64,000 nt of DNA from the human T2T-CHM13v2.0 reference genome, Homo sapiens. Location of the stretch: NCBI RefSeq assembly GCF_009914755.1, contig NC_060937.1; one strand, 5' to 3'. The notes under the pieces were generated by a model that was not told the DNA's origin, searched no databases, and was given only the letters and a program-made list of their open reading frames with translations. Position 1 is the stretch's first letter; the number at the start of each line of letters is the position of its first letter. Positions 44,357 to 59,808 of the stretch are shown piece after piece. Both the position numbers and the translations under genes were made by a program.

Positions 44357-46738
44357 AGACAAGCTTAAAAACTATTTTTGGACCAGGGCCATGAACTGAA
44401 TGAATATGATCTTCATCAAGGCCCAAGAGGAACCTTACACTTTAAAGGAACAAAAACTTTCTATGGACAATTTGTTATGTACAGCTACATCAAGGTTAAA
44501 AAAAAAAAGGATATAACAGAGAGTTTAAATGAGGTCAACAGAATTACACCAGCTGGTCCCACTCCCCACTGGGCTGCGGAGGGAAGTGAAGCAATCCACA
44601 GGACACAGGTTTAATCCAGACAAGGCTTCACAGAAAAAGAAAATCAACACAGCACATTGCACTGAAAAACAATCTTCAGCCGGTCCAGATTATGGAGTAC
44701 TAGGAGGACTCCATATTTGAAATGTTTGCCCTTCAAAGAGAAACTCTTACATACTAAGCCAGTTAGCCCAGGTTTTGATACAAATCACCAAATTCAGAAA
44801 TACAGACTTCAACTTAGAGAAGAGAAAGGGAGGAGGGGGTCATACATTTTGGTGAAAGCAAATGGAAAACCACAATTGCCTATGTTACGATAATGCCTTA
44901 AAAATGTAAAGTGGAGCAGTAGGGAGATGCTCCTCCCTTTCTTCACAGATCCCAGTGCTGTCTCACATGGAGTGTGGGGTGACAGGAGGACTTTGTGCAG
45001 GGCTCTGCTAGACTCATTATGATGATACCCAGACACCGGGTGTCTCACACACATTCCTCTTCTGCTGCCTCATTCAAACACCACAATTAAGATGCTGAAG
45101 ACTGTAATTCAAGCTAAAGGAAGAGCCGCAAGAATAATGGCCAATGCATAAATTTAGATGTGAAAAACAGACATATCCATTGATAGTATTATTGGGACAG
45201 CCACTCCATTTAAAAATAGGGCATCCTAGTCTTTTTCCCTTTATAATGCTCTCCTCTTGCTTAGCTGGCTCTGTTCTCTATAGTTCTGTACCATCCTCTG
45301 GTTTTGTCCATCTGTCTCAGTTTCCTTCCCCCAGAGATAGTGATAGAGATTGTTACTTTTGCCAGAGGCAGCCTGGAATAAACTGAGATGCCAGGAACAA
45401 AGAGGCCTCCCTGGAATCCTGACCTTTCAAAAGCTTTTTTGAACACTTGAGATAGAGAGAAGCCTGCTGACTTCACTCACCTGCATATACCAGACAGAAG
45501 AACACAGAAGGCCGTTCTTTTTTTGGCCTTACCCTGAGAGTTGAGGTCATTCTTGCCCCTAATAGAATACATTTTCACTGGCTTTACTTGAAAAACTACA
45601 TTTAAGTGATGGCATGGCAGTTACGGCTGAAAATAAGCCTAGTTTATTCAAATAAAATAAGCAACATTTCATTGAATTTACATTAGAGCAAAAAATAAAA
45701 TGAAAGGTAGCATCAGGCAAATTAAGAGGATGAATGAAGCTATATCAATGTTAGGCTTATGTAGTATTTCTACTGTGAGTAGCCTTGAAGTATATCATGA
45801 TGGGCATTTAACTCATGCAGTACCTTTTGCCTAAAAATAGAGAACCCTTTATCTCAAAAAGCAAATAAAATACTTTGTGTCATGTTTTTATAATGTTGAG
45901 ATTTGTAAAAACTTATATTGATTATCTCATTTAAATTTCATTAAAATATTCAACATTGGCAAGGCAAGTATTAGTACCCCAGCTAAGGAATCCAGACTGA
46001 TAGAAGCAGCAGCTAAGTGAAAATCAGGCCACGCTATTGGTAAGGGAGTGTTTCTACTTCCACCTCATGACTAACTACCTGATATAAAGTGAGTCCCTTG
46101 CCTTCCCTGGGCAGGTAGTCCATTCATTTGTTCTTTAACTCAACAGCATGGGTGTGAGTTGAACAAGACAGACAAATTACTGCAATGTGTATCATGACTG
46201 GAGAAAGAATTCAACAAGCAAGTCGTGTGTGATATGGTTAAGGAAAAGAAGAATCTAACTTTCTCTTCAATGCAGTTCTAGCCCATCGGCCACCTGAGAG
46301 CAATGGGATAAGGCCAAAGTCAAGGTCAGGCTCAGGGGTTTTGAGTGTATACGTGGACTTCCTAAGATACACTTCGATTGAGTTCTTTTATTGCATCCCC
46401 TAGGCAAATGCAATTGATTTCAGAATTATTGATTGTTTTGGATGTTCCAACCCAGTTTCCCTTCATACTTGGGGATAATCAAGAGCTGATTTCTGATTCT
46501 CAAGAAAAATGGAGAATTTAAGGAATATTAGATCTCAAACTATCGGTATAATCTTCTAATTTGTCTCATTATAAAGTATTCTATTTCTATAGGACAGGTT
46601 AATAATCCAGAAAAATGAAACTAAGATGATCAAAACCTGTAGTTAATACTTTAAAATACAATCCAACACCATTTAATCTTCTGAGTTGGTGACACTCCAA
46701 TTTCTTCTCTCTAACGTTTCCTTAAGAGTTGTAATTGG

Positions 46739-47093
<355 letters not shown>

Positions 47094-47389
47094 TTAGGTC
47101 TTTTGGTAATTCCATTTTAGCACCACTGAATTATCATTAGTGCTTTAAAGAGCTGCCTTTTGTGGATAGAATGAATTATTATACATATTCATCATTTTTG
47201 TCTTCCTACTGATACATTTAAGGAGTGGAGATACAATATTTTCATCCAATAGGTCACAATGCATATAATTGCTGACATTTTAAATGCATCTGGAAAAATA
47301 AATGTTACTATATTATTGTAGATTATAGAGTGTCCTTCACTTTTTTACTTTTATTATTTCCACTTTGGAGATTCTGTCAATAAAAGTCA

Positions 47390-47545
47390 AGTGCCATTCC
47401 ACCCTGTGAGGGTACAGGGAGAAGAAGCTGTCTTTCAATCAGAAAATGGGCCCTCACCAGACACTAAATCTGCTTGTACATGGGTCATGGGCTTCCCAAT
47501 CTCCAGAATTGTGAGAAATAAAGTTTTGTTGTTTAGAAGCCCCCA
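47390..47545 (+). mobile_element. MLT1A-like LTR fragment
   Basis: GGGCCCTCACCAGACACTAAATCTGC...CTCCAGAATTGTGAGAAATAAA. Confidence 0.75.
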
Positions 47546-48680
47546 ACTCCCTCGAAAAAAACCAAGTCAAGTGGTTTCAGCTGTTTCATGTTTAAATCAT
47601 TTAACAAAATGTTCTGGGCGCCCAGAGCATGCAGAATACTCCCCCTAAAGCAGCTACAGCCGGGCCGGCGGCAACCCCTCATCCTGACCTGAAAACTGGG
47701 TTAGTCATGGAAGAACACAGGGAGTGAAAAAGTTGAAATTTCACAGCATGCTCTGAAATAACGGAATATAAAGGTACACACTGCTCCCATCAAAGGAGAA
47801 AAGGTGTGGTTTTATTTCCACATACCATCAATATTTTTAGCATAAAAATACCTAAATCATTTGAATAACAAATCCCATCTTCCATTTTGTCAAAAATAAT
47901 GACCTTTATTCTAAATTGCCAAGAGTTTCATTAGTTCTAGAGAGAGCAGAAATGCTTAGTGCAGCACCAATGACTCCTGCTCAGAAGCCTAAGGAAGAGA
48001 AATGCCTTATGAGGACAATAACCTGATTTTATTTCACTTGGGAACAAGGCTTTTGAGTCTCTTGTTGCTTCTCACAGTTAATGTAATGTATTTATCAGAT
48101 GCTGCGAAGCGATTACTTCATCTGCTCCAGTCATCAGAGGCAAATAAGATTACCATGTGAGACAGCAGAGAAAGGAACTTGTTTTTTCTAACCACATTAA
48201 AGTCACACAGCCTATGTTGTTTACATGAACAAAACACATAAGAAACAAATAAAAAAATCAGAAATTTGATTAAATTTCAGATGAACCATGTTATGAATAC
48301 GGAAACACATACATTTACTTGAAATCCATATCATTGTCATCAAAACAGGACACAAATGTATTGACTTGACTGCCAGAGGCTGGAAGTAAGTGATAAGAGC
48401 TGGAATGTGTTGCTCAGAGTGGTTAACAAGGAAATAGAAACAATCCAGTAGCAAGCAAGAGAAGGACACAATCTTCCTGAGGGCAAAAGCCATTGCTAAC
48501 TTATTTGGACTCACATCTAGACAAGTGTCAGTTTCTTAAAAGTGCCTATTAACCAATCTGGGCCACATCTTCCTGGGGATAATCTGCAGACTGGCAGAAA
48601 ATTGACTCTTTTGGAGATAAATGTATATGCTCTTCCAAATTTCAGAGGATTGTTTAGAAAATAACTATTCAAGGATTTGA

Positions 48681-48760
48681 CTTTACTCCCAAATCTGTAA
48701 AAGGATGATATTAGATAGCACTTTACTCCCAAATCTGTAAAAGGCTGATATTAGATAGCA
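48681..48760. repeat. 40-bp tandem duplication (1 mismatch)
   Basis: CTTTACTCCCAAATCTGTAAAAGG(A/C)TGATATTAGATAGCA x2. Confidence 0.97.
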
Positions 48761-48829
48761 GAAATACAGATTTTCACTTTTGATAAACTGCGAAAAGTCA
48801 AGAGATCAATGTATTTCCTGGCTTGAAGG

Positions 48830-50215
<1,386 letters not shown>

Positions 50216-50434
50216 TAAAAATTACATAAATGTTCCTATTTATCCACTGCCTGTTCATATAGAAAAGAACATAGAAAATGGCCACAGAGTAACACAGTGA
50301 AATTAAGATTTTGAGAAAAGAGTGATCAGAAATCCAGATCCTAAAATGTCAAGTCCAGCCCAAAGAAACTACCTTTCACCACTATGAATATCATCCAGGA
50401 GCTTTTATTATATTTTTGGGAAAAGTGTTATTAC

Positions 50435-50539
50435 CTGTAAGACAGTAATAACAGCTGATTCTGGGTACATTCAATTACATAATGGAGAAATAGTTTCATC
50501 CTGTAACAGATTTCCAATGACAGTTTGCCTTTAGTAAAC
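50435..50539 (-). other. Candidate 105-nt cassette exon
   Basis: Long polypyrimidine tract, ...CTCTCGCCTTCTTCAAG| acceptor, CAG|GTAATA donor; one open frame. No transcript evidence. Confidence 0.35.
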
Positions 50540-50788
50540 CTTGAAGAAGGCGAGAGAAAAGGATGGGAGGGGAAAAGAATGGAAGAAAGAGAGCTAAAGA
50601 GGAAAATGAGAGAGGAATGCCAACCAGGAGAAAGAACAGCTGACCAAAAAACAAAACAAAACAAAGCAAAATAGTAGAAAAGTACAGGCTAAGAAAAGAG
50701 GTTACGGGAAAAACAGGGGAAGAACTGAGCAATACAAATGGATACACACCTAGGAAAACAAGAGATGTGAGAAAGAATGTTGAGGTCA

Positions 50789-51095
<307 letters not shown>

Positions 51096-51580
51096 GGCAA
51101 GCAGAGTCCAAGTCAGACACCAGGTACAATGGGTGGACAGAGAAAAAGTAACTATAAATGAGGAAAGAAAAAAAAAAGAGGGTTAGGAAGTCCACATTTG
51201 GATGGGAACATGAGACATGAGAGTGCCAATATTATTTTGTTGTAAAATTAAAATATTGTAAGGAAATACCGAAGAAATAACTTGAAGAATTACTTTCCAG
51301 ATGTTTTCAACACACTTTTTTTCCTTCTATGAACTGTAACCTTCCTGGGGCCTTTTAAAATCTTACTTGGCTCTCTTAAATGTAAATACCTCAATTTAAG
51401 GCATGGTTTCCCTTCCAAGGACTTTTAATTTATACATTTTAATAATTCTCTTCAAGGCTTTCAAAATGCCCATGAAATGACTTCCCACTATGAAGCACAG
51501 GGACAAGAGGGAGATAGATTATAAAGACCTGCCTGTGTTCTGGTTCCAGGTCTGTCAGTAATAGCTGGACAAGTTCCTTA

Positions 51581-51581
<1 letters not shown>

Positions 51582-51630
<49 letters not shown>
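51582..51630. repeat. (TG)24 microsatellite
   Basis: Uninterrupted TG run. Confidence 0.98.
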
Positions 51631-51631
<1 letters not shown>

Positions 51632-53205
51632 CGTGTGTATTGTGTATGTGTGTTAACAAACCAGTTTTCCAGTTCCACTTATTTCACTCCCTTTTCTTTC
51701 TTCTTTACTCTTTCCTGTTTTCCTTCCTTTCCTTAATTCTATTTCATGGTTTTTCCTTTCTCTCTCCTTCCCTTCTTTTTCTCCCTTCCAACAAACCTGA
51801 GAACATGCTGCAGGCTGATCACTGTGCCAGCTGCCAGGGACACAAAGCCACAAGCGGTTCCACCCTGCTCAGGATCTGGGCTGGCTGGAAGGTAGCTGAC
51901 TCGTCAGTAATTTTCAATACTTTAACATTAAGGAGAAACAACTACTGACCATTCTATCCTCCAATATTAGTCCTTGAAAGCAAGACTTTCTTTCCCATGG
52001 GAATTTAAACCTTTGGGATATGACATTTTTCTTGGTTATACACTCTTATTTATCTCCCCATTCCCTAATGTCATGTCTTCGCAATTCAGTTTGGAATTTT
52101 AAAACTCAGCCTGACAAGACAGCCTGAGGGTCCCGCAAAGTTGAAGCTATAAACATGATCATGTGAACTTAGGGATAATCATTTGTGGCAACAACAAAAA
52201 CTCCAGCAACCTGAAACATAAACAACTTCAGAAAAATGTGCCTCATTTTAGCAGGGTTTTGATGTGTAAGAAATCACTAAAAATAGGTTTGAAAATATCC
52301 TAACTGGTGTTGACATATTAGCATACCTTACAACTCTTCTAGATTTCCACAATTATTACAAAGAATGTGGAGTAAGAGGATCTTTTCTTTAAAAAAAAAG
52401 ATATATGTCTTTGTATCTTAATCCCTCCCCTTCTTAACTTACCTTACAAAATTTAATTAATGCCTTGAATATCTATAGAAATTTCTCTTCTCATGCTATG
52501 ACTAATTGATCTCTGCAAATTAGCAAGTGTTTCAACCAAAAAGCTCACACCATACGATGCTTAGTAGTTTACTTGATACAACCCATAAAACATGACAGGC
52601 TCAAGAAAGAGCAAAGCTCACATCCACCTTAATACAAGTTAAGGTTCAAGAATACAATGGTTTATTACCTAAAGTAAGATAGTTAAAAGAGCTCTGATCA
52701 AATTACTCAATAAGAACTCCAATCCTTTCCTTAGTCTCAAGAGGCGACACAACAAGAACCATGGTGGAAATGGTTAATTATGGTGGAAATATTAAAGGTG
52801 CTTTTGACACAACCTGGGCATTGGTCTAAGCTTATAAGAGAACAGAAAACAACCCAAACAAGCAGCTGGCCCAGGATTCACAGCATCCCTTTCTCAGCAA
52901 TTCTGAATTATGATTTCTTAAAGAGAAATAGTGGGTTCTTTCAAGTTACTTGGTACAGAACCCAGAACATGTGTGCATACTTAATAAACAGTATTTGATG
53001 ACAAAACAAATGCAAACAGTGTTGGCTATTTTGAGAGTCATGCTCCTTAATGACTTGAACTCCTAACAGATGCTCTAGGTAGGAGTTAACTAGCTCCCTT
53101 GGAGCAGACATTTCATTTGCTCTTTGAAAATATTAATAGGGAGAAAAGACTTGCTCTGTGTTTCTGCCAGTGCTTTAAAACAAGACGTCCTTTCATCTGT
53201 GCGTG

Positions 53206-53856
53206 TTTTTTTCTTTTTTTCCTTTCCAACTTTTATTTTAGGTTCAGGGGGTGCATGTGCAGGTTTGTTACATGGGTAAATTACGTGTCATGGGAGTTTG
53301 GTATACAGATTATTTTGTGACCCAGGTGATAAGCATAATACCTGATAGGTAGTTTTTCAATCCTCACCCTCCTACTACCCTCCACCCTCAAGTAGGCCTA
53401 AGTGTCTATTGTTCCCCTCTTTGTGTCCATGTTTACTCAATGTTTAGCTCTCATTTAGAGGGGAGAACATGCAGTATTTGGTTTTTCTGTTCTTGCATTA
53501 ATTCGCTTAGGATGATGGCCTCCAGGTCCATCCATGTTGCTGCAAAGAACATGATCTTGTCGTTTTTATGGCTGCATAGGAGTCCATGGTGTATATGTAC
53601 CACACTTTCTTTATCTAGGGTACCACTGATGGGCATTTAGGTTGATTCCATGTCTTTGCTATTGCGAATAGTACTGTGATGAACACACGTGTGCATGTGT
53701 CTTTTTAGTAGAATGATTTATATTCCTTTGGGTATATACGCAGTAATGGGATTGCTGGGTCAAATGGTAATTCTCTTTCAAGCTCTTTGAGAAATCTCCA
53801 AACTGCTTTCCACAGTGGCTGAACTAATCTCCATTCCCACCAGCAATGTATAAGCA
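53206..53856 (-). mobile_element. 5'-truncated L1PA (L1PA15/16-like)
   Basis: Poly-T, CAACTTTTATTTTAGGTTCAGGGGG, CATGTGCAGGTTTGTTACATGGGTA; ORF2 C-terminal peptides (VQPLWKAVWRFLKEL; FAATWMDLEAIILSEL). Confidence 0.95.
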
Positions 53857-54949
53857 CTATCTGTATAATGTTTACTGCTACATTCACAAGGGCAGGTAGG
53901 GGAGGAATCTAGTTCCACAGTCCACAGACAAACCGGAGAACTTTAACATCATCACAAATCATCACCCCTTAAGCAAGTTTCTCCTGACAGCTGAGACATT
54001 ATCAAAGATGATTTATATTCAGAGATGCTAAGGCTAGTCTATGCCCAAAAGGAAAAAAAAACATGACCTTTAACTAGTTATACCTGGGGAAGGGAACCAA
54101 AAAGGGTGAAGGTGAAGGGACAGCTGGGAAAGTCAAAATAAAAATCTACCCAGAAACCTGCTGCTGAAGTATTTGCATTAAACAGTCTCAGCCCAGCATA
54201 CATTGGTACATCCCATTGGAATTTCTTCTTCTCTAAATATGAGCCTACTTCAGGCATTTGCCATGTCATCAACTATCACTATTTTTTTAAATTCCTGAAT
54301 TCTTTAGGGTTAGAAATCTCTCACAACAAAGACAAAAAAGTAGACTAGGATTCACTTTAAAAAAAAAATGCCCTGTGGCTGAGTCTGTCACCTGGGAATG
54401 TTTCAAAGTCAGCTCTCATCTTGGGGCAGTGCTTAGCAGAGGTGGGGCTGACTATACTGGGTCTCCTGCCTCCGACAGGTTCCAGTCTCCTCTCACTGAA
54501 CTACAAATTTTCTAACTCTTTATGGACAGAGCAGACACTTGGCAACTAACTCCCTTTCTCTTATTAGGTCTCTCTTCAGAAAGGCTGGAGATGACACTGC
54601 TAACACCACCTTTAGAAGAAGAGGCAGCTCAACCCTCAGAAACACTCCCCTCTAAGGATTTATTTATCAAAATGTCACCACAATAATTGTTACAGCCAGC
54701 CTTGCTCCTTCAAAACCATGCTGCCTTGATAGACTACAGTTAGTTAAAATTCCTTTGCTTTGGTTGCTTTTAAAAAAAAATGTGTGTGTTACTGTATCTC
54801 ACACACCACAGCTTTAGGAAATGTTAGCAAACTGCAAATAATCTCTCACTCACATAATTGTCAAGATGTTTAAAGTCATTTCCTTCTACAAATATGTCCA
54901 AACTCTGTTATCCTATCCCTATAAAGTTATATATCATTCAAGGGCTTTT

Positions 54950-55175
54950 AAGGAAAGTACACAAACCTGTATTAAGCAACAAATAAATGCCACAGACCAG
55001 GCTATGTGCTATTCATTACCCTCTCACTCTGTGAAGTGGGCAGTGGACATTCCTGTCTCTGTTTTACAGATAAGAAAACAAAGCCAGGCAAGTCCAAAGC
55101 AGTAGATGGCAGAGGCAAGAATCAAATTCAAGTCTGCGTGATTCCAAGTTCCAGTGATGTGCTTTCCTATGTTAT
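54950..55175. mobile_element. MIR fragment
   Basis: CTCTGTGAAGTGGG...GTTTTACAGATAAGAAAAC...AATTCAAGTCTG. Confidence 0.65.
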
Positions 55176-58100
55176 TGTGACCCTCAAAAAGCCTCACGCA
55201 TTTAAGTTTTGTGGGAACAAGGTGAAAATTGCCCCTGAGAAGCTTGGATTCATTCTTCGGGATGGGGCTGGGGGTGCTGGCATGGTTAACTTCAAGGAAA
55301 AGGCTTAGTCAAACCAGGCTGTAATCATACAAACTCATGCTCTCCAGTTCTCCAAAAAGGGTGCCATGAACATGTTCAGGAAAGAAAAGTAGCTCCCAAG
55401 AAAAACCAGCATCCTGAGGGAACCGCATGGCTGTAGTCTTCCTCTACCTCACCCATAAGGCGATCTCTGGCAGAGACAGGAAATGGGCTTCATCGCTATT
55501 GCCAGCCCAGATTGAAAGACAGTTGGAAAGATTCCGGGCTATGGCAAGAGTACAGAATCAACTAGCAAATGCTCATGGCCCTCCCTTCATTTATATGTTT
55601 GGTATGAGTCTGGTCAAATTATTTCAACCCTGTATGACTCAATTTCCCCTACCATCAACCCTACAACTTCTCCCCAATCATGAAACCATTTTGTTCATTG
55701 TTAATTTATACACTGTGAAAACGGAGGTGGAGAAAGGTACAGCCAAAATCTATAGTGAATCTTATTGTGTTTATTCTACTAGTTTTTATATAATTATTAA
55801 AAACTGATCAGTGGTAGTCTTAGAAGAATAATATTGATTATAAAACTATTCAGCATAACAAAAGAATATCCAATATAAAATAATCTATTCAAACTTTCCT
55901 ATTAATGTATATCTTGCATACAAAGATTTATTTGAGGTAGGGGCGAAGGTCATAGTACCTTAATCTCCAGGTAGGTGCCTCCGAAAGTCCATGAGTCCCA
56001 CTGTAGGTGTAGAGGCTCTACAGTTGGATGAGAAAAGTCTGAATATTTCAGCCACAGACTTTCAATTAGGCAAGTGAGGAGAGAAAAGGGCAGGGAGGTA
56101 TGAAATCTCATAGTTTTCATTCTTTATAGTGGGGAATTCTCTTGCAGTAATTGATTTACTGAGGATTATGTTGCAGCACACTCATGCTATAATTGGTTGC
56201 ACGCAAGTTAACAAGCCCTGATTTGTAGACTGCAAATATGACACACTGCAGACAGTCTGCTATTCCTGCCCACCTCACTACAGGTTTCTAGATATGCAAA
56301 TTGAGCAAACCTAACATATTGATGCTGATTAGAAATGAAAGCCCTTATTATACAGAGGTAGCCCTTGTGTTGCTGTTGACAAGGCTATGCCAGAATTGAA
56401 ATTTGGAGCCATAACTCATACATTCTACATAAGTAAAATATGCAAGGCACAGAGGGCATTGTAAACTAAGGAGGTACTCAAAAAGGTGAGTTTTCAAGTA
56501 GGTCTGTGACTTACATTTCTTTTTCATAAGCTCAGCAATTAAACAGTCCATGAATTAGGACTCAAAAGAGTGATGAGTTAAAAAAGTCTTCAGTACAGCA
56601 TAGAAACTCCATGAGGATGGGTGGATTATATAATACTAGAAGTGATATTTGGGGGCCAATTAAATCTTTCCAATGATAATTTTGATACAAACCAATAAAT
56701 TGAGGTGCTGATGGAAATAGATCCTATATAAAACAGCAAAGGATAATCATTTCATATTTGACCCAGACCAACAAAGTGAAAACAGCTAAACAGAGAAGGA
56801 AATCAAATGAAACTGAAGATAAACCCATAAAATGAATAGTTACTAAAGACAATTAAGATGGAATTTGGAATGAACCACAGTAGTTAACTCTCCATGAGAG
56901 AACACATGTAAAAAACATATTTTAATACCAGTCCACTACAAAAAATGTAGAGAAGCTCAAATCCGCACTTCTTTTATTCTATTCCATGAAGTCTATTAAC
57001 TAACAGTGTAGCTAAATATACTTTTATTTTTATAACATTTGAAAGACTCAATGTAGATAAATTTAACTATTGGGGGAAAAAGCACAGTCTTTTTTTTTTT
57101 TTTTTTGTCTGACCTAACGTCTTGACTTGCATTTTGAATATTTGGTTACTATAGAAATAAAGTATATGACCTATTCCAGAGAACTGGGAATTGTGTACTT
57201 GTTTCACTTCTTAATCAATAACATACAATGGGGGAAAATATGGCCTTAACTGTTATTCAGGTTAATTATACTGCAATGAAATCTCAGACTCACATACTGA
57301 AGAAGTCCTTCAGATAATTCAGTGTATATTATATCTGGGAGTACTGTCTTCTAATAGGGGCACTTATTAGCCAAAGAAGAACAAAGAGCCAGTAATCTTC
57401 AGGGATGGCAGCTGTCAAACAGCATAAATCAGAGACCACAATTGATTAACTAACTTGAGCAGTAAAAACAGACTTACTTGCTATGGCAATAAAGAAAAAA
57501 TTGAAGATTTGATCACCTGAGAGATTCTTTATTCTCATGGGATTTCAGAGAAATCAGAAACCACAAAGAGAAAATGCCCACCAGCTTATCGATTGTAGTC
57601 TTAAAATAATAATATTCTGTAATAACTTTTCTTTTGAAATGTTAAAGTGGCTGTACCAATACTAATTTCTAGAGTGACTGAGACTGCTAGCGGCATGCCA
57701 ACCTATCATTAACAAGACATTCAGCAAGGTGACTCCTGGACAGAATATGAGTTAGAGCTAAAAAATTCTAGGCTCTTGCCTGTCTCTGTGACCTCCAAAT
57801 AACTCATTCCCCTAATTTAGGAACTACTTTTCCAATATATTCAGACATTTCAAATTATGACTATTCAATTAATGAAATTTTAGGTTTAAAAATTAGACTC
57901 CCACCGTCTTCAGATCATATCCCACCAAACTGCCACCCGCAGTGCCGGGCACCCAATTCCTAGGGGAAGCGTTCAGAGTTGAGCATGTCATATAAGTAGG
58001 GCTGCTTGTCTGGAAAAGGCAAACTGGAAAATGACTTAATCATCTTGTCTGAAAATATTTGAAACGTTCATCTGTAGGAAAAAGAAGTCTCAAGTCCATC

Positions 58101-59532
58101 CCACATGGTTTACAGGGGTAGAATTTCAGGGTGGCCTCGCAGAACAGAGGTAGCACATTATAAGGATCCTGGCTTTGAATGAACATGAAGAAAACGAAAG
58201 GAGGCAGCTGCATGGTGAGAGAGAGTTCCTTTCACTGCAAAAGAGTCTAGCAGCAGCTAGCAATGACCTAGCAAGGTGTATGTCTGGAAGATTTCCTTGC
58301 ACCACTCAGAAGACTGAACTAGAGAGGGTGGGTGGCGGCTTCCTCCACCATACTGTGACTGGGATCCTAAGTGTGGCACTACTTGGTAGAACGTTCATGG
58401 TCTTCCCTGGAGCCCTGCGCTCTTGGAAAATCACTCCCTTCTTGAATGCCAGCCTTTGGAGTAGAGTGGGTTCCTCTTCATGAGAGAACAGCCACTTCGG
58501 TCTATTCTTCAGCTATCTTTCACTAGGAGAAGAGATTTGGGGACATGATTTAGTAAATCTTAAAAACGTTCAGCCTAAATGTTTGGATCTGAGTTTGTTT
58601 GTTTGATTGATTTTTCTAAGGTTCTCTCAATATTGCCACATAATTCTAGATACTCCCAGGTAGAGAAAAATGGAACACTAAGGCACAATGAGCCAAGAGG
58701 GGAAGAGGAATATCTCCCAATTTAGATTCACCTCCACTTGACATCAGCATGAATTCAAGTTGAAAAATATTGATTATGCCCTGGGCAATGCAAAGACTGC
58801 TGCATGTTGTGAGAAAATCAGGGATGAATATGTCTCTGTATTGAAACTTTGTCATGTTATATAGAAGATTTGAAGCACCTTAAGAGTATGGCTACTACAC
58901 AGGTCTTGACTTTACAAAGGTCACAGACTAGAAAGATCCAATTAGTAGTTTGGGGCCCTGGCTTTAGAATCAGATGGCCAGGTCTGAACTATTAATCAGC
59001 CAATGACAAATTATGTGACTCTAGGTAATTTGAAATACCTTCTCATTTTATAGCATTTACAAAAGAAATTAAAGCCCCTGCTCTTCATTCTCATCCCCAT
59101 ATACAACAAGGAATAAATGAGGATATATTAATATAGAAGACTTTGCACTTCATCGGCAAACACCTTTCTAACCAGATTTCCTAAGCATTTACCATAAAAT
59201 GACACTGCAGAATAAATTACATTTGTTTTTCTGATGTAGGTTTTTCTAAGTAACTTCAGGTAAGTATATGTCAAATATATAAGAGCTAAACATAGAAATT
59301 CTACACCATCATTATTCATCTATTTGCTTTGTTCTATAAAGTCTTACATTATTTTGTATACATTGATCTTTGTTACTTAGTGATAAAGTGATAAAACACA
59401 TGGGTGTGCCACGCGAATAGAAAAACAGACAAGTTCTGATAAAATTAGACAAGGAGCTACAGCAAATATGATTCCAATTCACAGAGAGAACCTCAGTTTA
59501 TTATTTTCCATCTTCTTTGTGTCCCCATCTTA

Positions 59533-59586
59533 CTGTTCCCCTTAACTGCCGTTATTCATCTGTTCCCCTTAACTGCCCTTATTCAC
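59533..59586. repeat. 27-bp tandem duplication
   Basis: CTGTTCCCCTTAACTGCC(G/C)TTATTCA(T/C) x2. Confidence 0.95.
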
Positions 59587-59604
59587 CTATGATTCCCATC
59601 TTTC

Positions 59605-59720
59605 TTCTAAATCCTAAGTCTCCTGAGTCTGGGTGCCACGTCTTATTTGTGTTTTTGGTACCATGCCTGACATATGGAAAGCATTTCATACACATTTGCT
59701 GAATGAGTGAATGAATGAAT
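59605..59720 (+). mobile_element. L2 3' end
   Basis: TAAGTCTCCTGAG...TGCCTGACATATGG...TTTGCTGAATGAGTGAATGAATGAAT. Confidence 0.75.
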
Positions 59721-59808
59721 CAATCTCCTCCCAACTATTTTCAACATTCATCTTTCATAATTTTTGAAAGGTGTCTGCAAGTCCACAGGGTTAAGGAATC
59801 CTCTTGCC

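Noticed and set aside
51439-51948. THTH/CVCV repeat ORFs
   Set aside because: Translation of the (TG)n microsatellite and an adjacent pyrimidine tract.
53440-53887. ORFs resembling L1 ORF2 C-terminus
   Set aside because: Short, frameshifted, 5'-truncated L1PA.
55427-55807. 126-aa plus-strand ORF
   Set aside because: No recognisable homology; a length that occurs by chance in 64 kb across six frames.
56294-56301. Octamer ATGCAAAT
   Set aside because: An AT-rich 8-mer expected several times by chance; no adjacent SOX or snRNA PSE context that I can support.
58175-58483. 102-aa plus-strand ORF
   Set aside because: TTG start, no recognisable domain, no supporting splice or promoter context.
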